A DNA stretch of 64,000 nucleotides, taken from Chiloscyllium plagiosum. Taxonomy: Eukaryota. The translations under genes were made by a program, and so were the position numbers. Every line of letters begins with the position of its first letter. Position 1 is the first letter of the stretch. Below are positions 13,346-25,139 of the stretch, one piece after another. The stretch lies in assembly GCF_004010195.1 (NCBI RefSeq), contig NC_057713.1, forward strand, positions 77,496,360-77,560,359, in the 5' to 3' direction. The notes below the pieces were generated by a model. It searched no databases and had not been told where the DNA came from. It worked only from the letters and a program-made list of their open reading frames with translations.

Positions 13346-13429
13346 AGTCACTATTTTTGCTGGCAAGATCAGCTCCCAATTTCTAAAAATATTTGAGAAA
13401 TGATATCTCAGCAGCAAGTTAACATGGCA

Positions 13430-13730
13430 GTAAAAAACCATCCCAGCTATGCAGCAGTCCAAGTAACTGCAAGACTCATTGTGAAATGGACAATAAATCC
13501 ACAGGATTATTTCCATTTTTAGTGGCTGAAGAATAAATGTGGACCAGGATATCAGGAGGTATCAACTGTCAACCTTGAAGAATGATAACAGGACCTCTGA
13601 ATAAACTTTAACAAGCAGAAATGTCCTTGATTTAGCAGCTCATCCAAAAGACTTTTGTTTGGCATTACAGCAATTTCTTGTACTGGAATTAAAGGTCAGC
13701 CCAATTCATGTGCCCAAGACTCAGGGTAGA
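13430..13730 (-). mobile_element. Degenerate Deu-domain SINE
   Basis: Reverse similarity to the 41145-41820 copy (ataaatgtggaccaggata...ctcatccaaaagac). Confidence 0.5.
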
Positions 13731-13759
13731 TCAATTGAGGTTAAATAAATATAAACATA

Positions 13760-15940
13760 AAGATTAAAAAATTCTACATCCTATTATGATCTTCTTCGAA
13801 TATATGCAACGTAAGAGGCAACACAAAGTGAACAAGAGCCTCTGAGGCTGGGGAAATAATGTGGAATCAGGAAATGGCAGAGGAGTTGAATCAATACTTT
13901 GCATCACTTCTTAAGGTGGAAGATAGGAAGGGCATTCCAAAAAATACACTAAATAATTAATGGGAGAAAGGTGGGGGAAATAAATGCAATAAATATAGTT
14001 AGAGAAAAATTGCAAGAGAAACTAATGAGGCTAAAGTCTGATTATTCCCCGAGACCTGATGAGATGCATCCTCAGATATTAAAGGAGGTTGTTACACAGA
14101 TAATGGATGCGTTGACAATACTTAGTTTCTGGAGATATTCCTTTCTCAGATATTTTTAGAAATTGGGAGCTGATCTGTTAATGGCATTGGAACATCTTTA
14201 ACTTTTAGACTTGTGCGTTCTGCCCTCCTCCCACTCCTACAGTCATTCCTCAATTACCCTAACTTTGACCAATCATCCGTACAGAAGTTCTCATTTTATT
14301 TTCATGGAGAGTTGGGCACACTGATCCATTCTTCCATTCTTTAGGGAGCCTTCAGCCCATAGCTTTTATTTCATTCACAAATATATATCCAATTGCTTTG
14401 CTGTGGAATCTGCTTCCATTCTCTTTAGTGAAATAAATTGTACTTATCCATTTTAATTCAGTCAATAGTTATTTTATTATAATAAAGCAACAAACAGCAG
14501 ATGCTGGAAATCTGAAACAGAAACAAAAATTGCTGGAGAAACTCAACACACCTGGCGGCATCTGTGGAGAGAAAACAGAACTAATGTTACAAGTTCAATG
14601 AGTCTTCTTTGAAAGTATTTTAGTAATTAGACAAAAATTTAGACTATTAACAATTAAATGAGTTATTTTATGTCTACATTTTCTGACACAATCTCTTGCC
14701 AGCAAAGGATTGGAAAACCACCAATCCAACAGCCTTATTCAAAAAGAGATAAATATTTAAAAAAATCAGGTAACTACAGGCCAGTTGGCTTAACATATGT
14801 CACTGGGAAAATATTAGAATTTGCTATGAAGCAGGCAATAGATGAAATTTAGAAATAAGTTGTATAATCAAATACATTGGAATGAATTGAAGGAATTGAT
14901 TTGGATTTCTAAAAGCCATTTGATGAGGCACGAGGTCACCCAATAACATAGAAGCCCAATGGTGTTGGGCAGAGCATATTAATGTGTATAGAGGATTGGT
15001 TAATCAAAAGGAGATAGAGTTGGGATAAAGGGGGTGGGTGGGATTGCAGAGGTGCATTTTCATAACAACAACCTGTAACTGGTAGAGTGCCACAGAGATT
15101 AGTGCTGGGGATATTATTGTTTACAACATGCATTAATAATTTAATGATGAAAGAGATTGTATAGTGCCAGGTCTGAAGGTAACACAAAAGAAAAATGTGT
15201 GAAGGCAAGTTGTGAGGATGACTCAAAGTCTACTTGGGAACTAAGCAGGTTAACTGAGTGGGCAAAAACTTGACAGATGGAATGTCATTTGAGAAACTGT
15301 AACGTTATGCCCTTTAGCAGCAAGAACAGAATATTCAGTGGGTAATTGGGATGGTAAATGGCAGATAAAATAAGAGAAGTCTTGCTAAAACTACACATGA
15401 TACTTGTCAGACCGCACTGTGGAATCAGTGAAGGGTTTTTTGTCCCTTATCGATGGAGAGATACTCTGGCAGCGTGGCCTAAGAGGTTTCAGGAGGTTAA
15501 TTCCAGGTATGGAGGGATTTTCTTATGAGGAGAGGGTGAGTAGATTGAGTTTGTACTCAGTGGAGTTTAAAAGAATGAAGCATATAAAATTATTAAAAGG
15601 ATTGACAGGGTAGCTGTGGAAAGGTTGTTTCTCTTTGTGGGAAAGTCTAAGGCTGGAGTGCATAATCTCAGAATTAAGGGCTGCCCATTATGACAGAAAC
15701 ATGGAGGAACTTCTCTCAAATGGTTATTTATCTGTAGAATTTTTTAACTTAGAGGGCTATTGAAGCTGGTCATAAATATACTTATGGTGGAACTGAGATT
15801 TTTAATCAGTAAGTAAATGAAGGCTTATTGAGATAAAGCTGGAAAGTGGAGCTGATGATGATCAGATCAGTAATGATCTCATTGAATGTTGGGGCAGACC
15901 CAATGGATCAAATGGCATACTGTACTCCTTTGTCATTAGT
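13760..15940 (+). mobile_element. Fragmented CR1 ORF2 + 3' end, with inserts
   Basis: 'LKSDYSPRPDEMHPQILKE', 'GNYRPVGLT', 'IPGMEGFSYEERVSRLSLYS'; CR1-like 3' tail at ~15890-15940. Confidence 0.8.
14484..14612 (-). mobile_element. Short PLE terminal insert
   Basis: cagcagatgctggaaatctgaaacagaaac...gctggagaaactcaac...gcatctgtggagagaaaacag; ends at a decayed hammerhead core. Confidence 0.7.
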
Positions 15941-16939
15941 CCACCTCCTAGTCAGATGGCCCAAAAGTAGAAACTGTGCCACTATACCACAACAGCACTA
16001 AATACTTTTGAATTAGCTGTGCTGACATGTTATGACAGACATCTGAGGCAGGTGGGATTTGAACCCAGACCTTCTGACTTAGATTTAATGCTGATTGCAC
16101 AAGACTTCTCATTTGATGCTTCATTTTTGCAGAGAATAACATTTAATTAAAAGTAAAATTGAGTGCCATAAATTTCTCCAGATGTGTTTTTTTTAGGTAT
16201 GAAAGTGAATGCATTTTTCCTAATATTTACCTGTTGACACACAATAAAGCTGATATCACAGGAGATCAGGTCAGTTGTTAAGAAATCAGGTCCTGTTCAA
16301 ATGAATCACGAGACTAAATAATTAATAGCAATCTTTATAAATTCTTAATACAACAATTATTAAAACTCAAAAGTTCAAAAATGTAAATTCTGAAAAGACT
16401 TTTCACCACATTGTGAAATTCAGTTCCTCCCTTGATTTCAATGGGCCTGCTTAACAAACAACGTCATTATCTAGATCTTACTTCAGATAATGGCATAAAT
16501 GGGATAACTTTCTTATCATCATAATTCTGTATTAGTTTAATTGGAGGTGAAATAAATAATTCTGGATTAGAACTAATGGAGAAGAATCAAAAGTTATAAT
16601 TGCCATACATAAGACTTTAATCACAATGCAATTAAATGTAATTATTATGCAAAAGGTATATGGTATTGGTTGAGTTATTTACTGGCATATTTTTACATCT
16701 GGTTAATTATCTGATGTACACTTTAATAGATGATGATTTTTCCTGGATACATATGTTCCCTGATTGAGCCAGCCAGAATGATGGAGGTAACACCTGTCAA
16801 TGCTTGTCTTGTACTGGCAGTTTGCCATTTCCATTTAACTAAAGTTTGATCGTGGCAATGATGTGGGCCTCTGACAGGAATCCTCAAGCAGGAACTGGAC
16901 TCATTCCACCCACTACTCATCTGATCAATACACATTATT

Positions 16940-17990
16940 TTTTCACTCGTAGGGCATGTACATCACTGGCTGGGTCAACATTTATTGTCCATCCCGAGTT
17001 GCAACTGAGAAGTGGGTGGGGAGCTGCCCGCTGCAACCCACCTGCTGTAGATAGATCCACAATGCCTTAGAGAGAGACTTCCAAGATTTTTACTCTGTGG
17101 AACTGAAGGACCAGCATTATATTTCAAAGTCAGGATGGTGAGAGATTTAGAAGGGAACTTACAGGAGGTGGTGTTCCCATGTATCTGCTGCCCTTGGTCT
17201 TTGAGATGGTAGTAGTTGTGGGTTTGGAAGGTGCTAACTAAGGGTTTGTCGAATTTCTGCAGTGCATCTTGTTGTTGATCCACTCTGTTGCTACTGAGTG
17301 TTGATGGTGGAGGGAATGGATGTTGCAATGTCAATCAAGTGGATTGCTTTATTCTGGATGATGTCAAGCTGCTTTAGTGTTGTTGGAGCTATTCTCATTG
17401 TGGCAAGTGGTGGGTATTTTATGGCATTGCTTACATGAACCTTGTAGACATTGGGCAGGTTTTAGAGAGTCAGGACGTGAGACACTTGCTGCAGAATTCC
17501 TAGCCTCTGACCTGCTCTTGTAGCCACTGTATTTATATGGCTAGTCCAGTTGAATTTCTGGTCAATTGTGATGACCAAAATGTTGATAGTGCAGGATTCA
17601 ATGATGGTCATTTTTGAGACATAGTTTCAGAGTTTGATTCCAACCTCGGGCAACTGTCTGTTTGGAGTTTGGACAATATCCTTGTGTCCGCGTGAGTTTC
17701 ATTCTGTACCTCTGGCTTTCTCCCACAATCCAAAGATGTGCAGATCCAGGTAGATTGGCCATGCTAAGTTGTCTGTAGGGTCCAGGGATGTGCAAGTTAG
17801 GTGGATTAGCCATGGAAAATTTTGGATTATAGGACAGGGTAAGGGGCTGAGTCTGAGTGGGATGCTCTTCAGAGGGTTGGTCCAGACTCAATGAGCCAAG
17901 TGGTCTCTTTCCACACTGTTGGGATTCTGTGATAGCCAATGCCTGGTATTTGTTTGGCAATAATGTTAAGAATGTAATGGGAGGAATGTA
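16940..17990 (-). mobile_element. CR1/L2-superfamily LINE 3' end (tail shared with the SINE at 31836), interrupted by HE1
   Basis: catcactggctgggtcaacatttattgtccatccc is the reverse of the tail gggatgg(g)caataaatg; the same family recurs at 22.9, 25.1, 48.9 and 52.0 kb. Confidence 0.75.
17625..17932 (+). mobile_element. HE1-like V-SINE (5'-clipped)
   Basis: gtttgattccaacctcgggcaactgtctgtttggag...tttccacactgttgggattctgtga; homologous to 4301-4620. Confidence 0.85.
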
Positions 17991-18202
17991 CTAAGAATCA
18001 AGGTTCACTGCTGTACCGGATACACCATCAGTTTTGATTCAATTACCAAAATGACCAAATGTTTCTCTTTTGTGCCACTATTCAAAAAGAAAAGAATATT
18101 CATTACTCTTCTTTAATGAATTCATCAATTCATTAAGAGCAGCATATATTATTAAGACAAATGGAAAATACTGGTTAACACCAAGTTCTGGTCTGAAACT
18201 AA

Positions 18203-18318
18203 AGTCATAGATTCCTACAGCATGGAAACAGGCCACTTGGACCAAGTTGGTTCATGCCAACAAAAACATCCATCCACACTAGCTCCATTTCCCTGCACTT
18301 GGCCCATATAATTCTAAT
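18203..18318 (-). mobile_element. CR1/HER1 3' terminus
   Basis: gtcatagattcctacagcatggaaacaggcc matches young HER1-type ends at 26277 and 59545. Confidence 0.75.
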
Positions 18319-19765
18319 CAAGAGTGTAGTGCTGGAAAATCCAAGTAGGTCAGGCAGCATCTGAGGAGCAGGAAAATCAATGTTTCAAGCAAACACAAAG
18401 CCCTTCATAAGGAATGAGGCTGGGAGCTTCGGAGGTGGAGAGATAAATGAGAGGGGGTAGGGGGACACTGGGGAAGGTAGCTGAGAGTGCAATAGGTAGA
18501 CTGAGGTGGGGGTGAAGGTGATAGGTCGGATTGGGGGTGGAGTGGATAGGTGGGAAGGAAGATGGACAGATGGGACAGGTCATGAGTGTGTTGCTGAGCT
18601 GGAAGGTTGGAATTGGAATAAAGTGGAGGGAGGGGAAATAAGGAAACTGGTGAAATTCACTTTGATGCCATGTGGTTGGAAGGTCCCAAGGTGGAAGATG
18701 AGGTGTTCTTCCACCAGGCATCCAGTGGTAAGGGAGTGGTGGTGGAGGAGGCCCAGGACCTGCATGTCCTCAGTGGAGTGGAAGGGGGAGTTGAAGTCTT
18801 CGGTCACGGGGCAGTGGGGTTGGTTGGTGTCCCTGTGATGTTCTCTGAAGCACTCTGGGGAGACAGGATGCCTACTCACAATGTCGAGGAGACATCATCA
18901 GGAGCAAAGGATACAGTAAGTGACATGTGTGGAAGTGCAAGTGAAACTTTGTTGGATGTGGAAGACTCTGACGGAGGTGAGGGGGTAGGTGTGGGCGCAG
19001 GTTTTGCAATTCCTGCAGTGGCAGGGGAAGGGAGGGTGGGTTGGTGAGGGGGCGTAGACCAGATGACGAAGTTGCGGAAGGAATGGTCTTCACGGAAAGC
19101 GGATGGGGTGGGGAAGGAAATATATCTCTAGTGGCGGGCTCCATTTGGAGGTGGTGGAAATGGCGTAGGATGATGTGATGTACATAGAAGTTGCTGTGGT
19201 GGAAGGTGAGGATGGGGGCTCCTGTCCTTATTGCAGTTGGAGGGGTGGGGTTTGAGTGCAGAGGTGTGGCAAGTGGATGAGATGTGCTGGAAGGCATCAT
19301 CAACCACATGGGAGGGGAAATTGCAGTCTTTAAAGAAGGAGGCCATCTGGTTTTTTCTGTGGTGGAACTGGTCCTCCTGGGAGCATATGTGGTGGAGGCA
19401 GAGGAATTGGGAATAACAGATGGCATTTTTGCAGGAGGCAGGGTGGGAGGAGGTGTAATCCAGATATCTGTGGGAGTCGGTGGGTTTGTAGAAAATGTCA
19501 GTGTTGAGTTGGTCACTGTTGATGGAGATGGAGAGGTCCAAGAAGGGGAGAGAGGTATCAGAGATGGTCCAGATGAATTTAAAGTTGGGGTAGAATGCAT
19601 TGGTGAAGTTGATGAACTGTTCAACCTCCTTGTGGGAGCACGAGGTGGCGCTGATGCAGTCATCAATGTAGTGGAGGAAAAGGTGGGGTTCGTGCGGGTA
19701 TAACGACAGAAGGTAGATTGTTCCATGTAGCCGACAAAGAGACAGGCATATCTGGGGCCCATGTA
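18319..19765 (-). mobile_element. 5'-truncated Penelope-like element (RT + GIY-YIG)
   Basis: 'MGPRYACLFVGYMEQ', 'FLHYIDDCI', 'LPFLDLSISI...FYKPTDSHRYLDYTSSHPASCKNAI' are PLE RT motifs; 'PVTEDFNSPFHS' follows; PLE terminus at 18319-18410. Confidence 0.95.
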
Positions 19766-19868
19766 GGTGCCTGCTATCCATGATACTGCCTATTTTAGTG
19801 TCATCTGCAAACTTACCAATCATGCCTTGTGCATTCTCATCCAAATAATTGATATAGATAACAAACAT
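19766..19868 (-). mobile_element. CR1 RT fragment
   Basis: 'FVIYINYLDENAQGMIGKFADDTKIG'. Confidence 0.8.
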
Positions 19869-20189
19869 CCCTCATTCCCCTACCCTGCAACTTCGACCCT
19901 CCAACCTCCTTCTGATCTTTACTCATCTGTAGCCTGTGTGCCAGCGATGATACAAGACCTCAGGCTGCTGTCATTCCAGCTGAAGCTATGCCTCCCTAAT
20001 TGTGCTGCATTTCAGTCAAGCTTCTAACATCAAATCTGAGCAGATGAGATTCCAACCCCTACCCAGGGGTCCTTAATCCCTAAGAGGCACATGATTTGCT
20101 GGACCTTCCATAAAAGAGGCAACACAGATTTGCCTCTCCTGTTGGCAGACAATAAACAATTAGGTATCATTCTAATGCTTCTGATTTTA

Positions 20190-20375
20190 CATGATGTGAA
20201 GGTGCTGGTGTTGGACTGGGTAGACAAAGCCAGAGGTCACATGACACCAGGTTATAGTCCACCAGTTTTATTTGGAATCACAAGCTTTCGAATCAGGTGA
20301 CTTCACTGTGCTCCAAATGCTTGTGATTTCAAATAAACTTGTTGGACTATAACCTGGTTTTGTGTGACCTCTGAC
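20190..20375. mobile_element. Short PLE-terminus insert (family B), inverted-repeat form
   Basis: Arms agaggtcacatgacaccaggttatagtcca...caagctttcg and gcttgtgatttcaaataaacttgttggactataacctgg...tgacctct are reverse complements. TSD tctgatttta at 20180-20189 and 20376-20385. Confidence 0.85.
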
Positions 20376-22894
20376 TCTGATTTTATAATAAGATTCAAAT
20401 AAATGTGAAACAGTAATATAAACAGTTGCTACATTACTCAATATACAGTAGCCATGAGGTTAGTGATTCAGAGAAATACACAAAGGAGTACTGATCAATG
20501 TCATTTGGGATTAGTCTGAATCTATTTGCATTGGTCAAAGTAAAAAGTTCAAATCTCCCAACTTTCTATGTTCAGTACTACTTATAATATTAAGAATACT
20601 TTGCTGATATATTCAACTTATTGCAAATTAATTTGTTTAATTTAACACACTTAGACACCTTATAAACTCTGAAATCCACTTGCTTGTATGTCCAACGTAT
20701 TCATTGATTTTTCTCATAGTTTGCAACTTTAATAATGACCTTTTCCCATTTGTTTCTAAATTATATTCAATTAATTTTTTTGGACATTAGATGCCTGCTT
20801 GGCTTTGAGCAGAAATCTCATTAATGGTTTTTGCATAGAGAGCAATCTGGGTGAAAATGCTTTTATAATTCGTCAATTTTAAGAAGTGTTTCTTTTGCTT
20901 GAATTAATTTGCACATCACTAAATTAATTTGCATGAAGCAGCGCTGTTGGATAGCCTTTTAGAGATTAATTTCCAAAAATAAATGCTCTGCTGAAGAGTA
21001 TTCTCTGATACACATTGCAGTTTTACCTGGCACTCATGGACTATCTTCCAAATGCTCAGTTTCCTTTTGAAAACATTCATTGCTTCCTGTGACACTGAGT
21101 TCCAATTTCGAACTATTTACCAATGAATAAATGCTCTTCTTCTTTTCCTATTGGATTTATTAATAACAGCTTGTACTATGACCTCATCATTTAATTCTTC
21201 CATTAGTGGAAAGGCTTTCTCTACATCCAGCCAGTCTGACACATTCATAATTTCACAGACCTTCCTTTCATTTCAATTATAACAAAACATAAAACAGCCT
21301 GAAACTTCGAATACATATGGAGATAATACTTAATTCAAATTAAAATTAATTATGAATAAATTCTGCTAATCTGTGCAGGAAATTTGCACTCAGTTTCTAT
21401 ACTGTCCTGGTGGGAATATCTGGGCAGTATCACTTGGTTTTGACATTTCTTTATTGATCAACAGTGGAAACTATCCTCAGGTGAAAAAAATACATTCAGT
21501 TAGCTATCAGATTAAATAAAAGGTACCTAGCTTTCCATTCTCCTTGTGCATTCCTTTCAATATGATGCAAGAAACAATTAATAGTTTATTGGGTTGTGGG
21601 ACACTGTCCTCATTCTGAATGACATTCAGAGAAGCAATCCTCCAAGGGTTGTTTAAAAAAGCAACTGCAGTCTCAAAGCTGTAAATGGGTGAACAGAATT
21701 TCATGGCCCACTCTGGGGATAGGTTGACAGGTAGTATAAGAGCTATAAAATTGAACACCATGCCATAAGGCACTATTTGTGACATATAACCGGCCACCCT
21801 AATGTCACTTGTGGAGGAGTTGTGAAAGGACTGTCCACCCAACTGAGGCCGCTAAATATCTGTTAACGGCTACTCTTAAGGGCTATTCTTCTGTCATTCC
21901 CAATGGTAGGATATGCGCATTATGGAGATCAGCTGGTTTTGCTGCTTGGTTTAGATGTTGGTCATTGGGGTGAAAGGACGGTGGGACTGTGCAGGAGTGC
22001 CTCCTTTATGGGGTTCTTGCAACCATTGAGGTCCCTCCATTAAGGATTTCCCATCCAAATATTTCCTCTCCTCAGCTGTCGTGCCCACCTGGACAAAATC
22101 TTCATACTCCCCTTGGCCATGGCCTCCCAACCTGTTGTTTAACAACATGATGGTTCTGAATGAGTTACTTTTGAAGACACTGCTGTATCCATCTTTTGTG
22201 GGGTCCCGAAGTACATCACCAGTCTACATCCTCCCATCCGTATATCTGAACTAAAGTGTGAAACAATTTCACTATAAGTCTATCAGAGATTTTTTAATGT
22301 TTTGATCTTGATCATGGAATTGCTAATTAGTGCCTCTGGCTCGATATTGTAGATTCTTCATCTCACTGTGATACTTCTACAGGGAGTGATAAAAAGAAAA
22401 CATCATGTGAGGTCACCCCAAAGATCATTTTATATATAAAACTAAGAGCAAAGATGCCAGATCGGATACTAAGTGTTCAACCATGGTGTCCCCTGAGGAT
22501 CGGAGAAGCTCACAAGCCTCGAGCTGAATATTAATATGTTGGTTAGATGGATTGACACAGCACCCTGTCATAATATTTGGAGGCAGTATTGTCTTCCAGC
22601 TTAAATAGAAGCCTTGTAAAATAATATAATGAAAATGTTTTGAGTGTATTTATATAGACTAGAAATCATAGTCTTGTGAAAACCTTTTATAAATAGCTAG
22701 AGATTATGTGAACAACATCAATAATATTACGTATTATTCAAAATTTATAAATCCCAAAACTTTCATTGACCAAGGGAAACTTTTTGACTTACCGGTAAAT
22801 CTTTTGAGCTTTGATATCAACAATAAGAACATATGAGAACTGTTATTTAAAGAGACTATTGTGTTCATGGAGATTTATTACAGGTTTGTTTTCT

Positions 22895-23400
22895 TAAATC
22901 TTTTAATGAGATGTGGACATCTCTGGCAAAGCCAACATTTATTGCCCTCCCCAAATTGTGCTTAAGGCTTTTGTTTGAACTGTTGAAGTCTTTGTGAATT
23001 ATGAGTAAATACACTCAGTGTTAAGAAATTAGTTTTAGGATTTTGACCCGGTGGCAGTGAAGGAACAGTGATATAGCTCTAACTTAGGATTGTGAGTGGC
23101 TTGAACAGCAACTTACTCCAATAGCTGTCATCCAATGGTTCTGTTACCCTTGTTCTTCCAGGTGGTTGAGATCACAGGTTTTGGAAGATACTATTGAAAG
23201 AGACTCTGGGTGCTATTGCAGTACATCAATGCTGTAAGGAGTGAATATTGAAGAGGATGAGGAGCTCATCAAAGTGGACTGCATTTCAACATACTCCTAA
23301 CTTATGCCTTGCAGATTCAGAATTTGGGGAGTTAAAATTTGAATTACTGACTGCAGAATTTCTAGACATTGACCTGCTCTTGTTGCCATACTGTAATTTT
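22895..23400 (-). mobile_element. CR1/L2-superfamily LINE 3' end (same family as 16940)
   Basis: gagatgtggacatctctggcaaagccaacatttattgccctcccc...aggattttgacccggtggcagtgaaggaac. Confidence 0.7.
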
Positions 23401-24159
23401 TAGATGTGAATGCTAAATTATAATTTTGCATGCCTTGTGAAGAAAGATAATAAGTCTTTAAATGGACCTAAGGAGTCTAACAAAATGTCTCCTGGATCCG
23501 AAGTGGCCTCCTTTGTGGATTCAACTGCTTTTGAAGACAAGAAGGATCACAAGACCTTTTGAAATTGAATGAATATGTCCAATGTCAAACCAAAATTCAT
23601 TGGTCTCCTTGAGATGTGAATTGCTCTTCATATAACACCAATAACTAATGGTTGAGACAGTTAAAAAATGCACTTAACTAAAATATAATGACTGAATCTG
23701 TACTCCGGTACCTAATATGGAATATGCTTTATCTGTTTGGATTTACAGCCATTTCTGTTGATAAGCTGTATAAATGTCTGACTGCAAACAGCTACATTGA
23801 GGGGATTCACTGACCACCATGATGGAAAAATTCTGAAACAGCACAGCTTCTCAAAAAGAGAGAGAGTGTGGGGCACTCACAACTGCTGTAATGAACATGA
23901 CTATTAAATGCCACAAATGTTAGTGTCATCAAAGCGGAACAAAGGATACTTCACTCATTCCCAAGTTCTTTTCTTCTCCGTACCATCCAACTATTCAACC
24001 ACAGAAACCATTACTGCTGCTGAAAACTAACTTCATTTTGGATTGATAATCTTTAAGCAAACTAGGCTAAAGAAGAAAGTGACATCATTTTCATCTTAAT
24101 ACTCTAACGATTTCACATATTTGTGTATTATGATTGATTGGACCTCTCAAATGCTAATT

Positions 24160-24325
24160 AACATCTCTCTCTCCTTGCACCTTCTCTGCAGCTGTAACAC
24201 TGTATTCTGCACCCTGTTCTGCTACCCTGATGCACTACGTATGGCATGATATGTCTGTATAGCACACAAAATAACACAATTAACAATATTTCGGTACTTG
24301 TGACAACAACAAATCAAACTCAATT
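24160..24325 (+). mobile_element. Rex1/Babar-like LINE 3' end
   Basis: ctgtaacactgtattctgc...cggtacttgtgacaacaacaaatcaaactcaa resembles the gtgacaataa-(aatca)n tail type. Confidence 0.55.
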
Positions 24326-25139
24326 TCATTTTGTATGGAAATATAAACCAAAAGACAGGAAATCTGTGTCTTTTGTTAACAATTCAAAGGAAAAGTGCAA
24401 CTCTGAGCTGTAAGTTTGCTGAAACTGAATTTGATACTCATATATTGAACCCAGGTGACTTTGGAATAATAATTTTAAAATTGCCCAGACAAAGGCTCAT
24501 GAATTGGTTGTAAGTGGCTATTTGTTGCAACAGTGAGAGAAGAGAGAGTCAGTGGAATTTAGATGATTAAGCCTGCTAGCAAGAAAAGTCATTCTGTCTC
24601 CCCCTCTCTCTTGTTCTCTGTGTGAGTAAAAATAATAAAGTTCAGAGACATTGCAAAAAGTTAGTAATCACCTAACTCAAGCGAGGACCACAGTCCAACT
24701 GGCCAGCTTCTGAATTGCAGATCACTGTAGTCAATGAAAATGTAAAACCATTGCCAAAAAAGGACAAAGATATTACTAAGTAACTGTGAGGGGAAGAAAC
24801 AGCTCATTCCACTAATGCTGTATTGGACTTTAATCATCAAAAGATTTTTGCTCATATGTTCAATACACAATATCATCCTAAAAAAAGGTTTGTCACATGT
24901 GCCTTGTCCATCGAATGAGTGAGCGATTTGAATTTAGATTTAAAGGTGGTATAGTTTAAGTTTGCCTGTTAGTTATTAACAAACTGTTTTTGCCATGATC
25001 AGGGATAGATTTGTTATAATAATTCTTTTTGTTTTTTTCTTCATTAATGAAACCTGATAGGGGTTTATTTTATCTCAGAGAATGGTAAAAAACAGACATT
25101 AACCACCCAAGTGATCAAATTGGTCATTTTCACGTTTGT

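Noticed and set aside
18872-19762. 296-aa Pro/Ser/Thr-rich ORF and similar frames at 2.3-3.6, 34 and 58 kb
   Set aside because: Off-frame or antisense readings of C-rich PLE sequence.
21690-22140. GC-richer segment that may be an old repeat; also an LTR-like stretch at 24400-25130
   Set aside because: No termini, TSD or coding remnant could be established by eye.
23410-23562. 50-aa protein-like ORF (MLNYNF...DHKTF)
   Set aside because: No splice signals or recognisable homology; within chance expectation.
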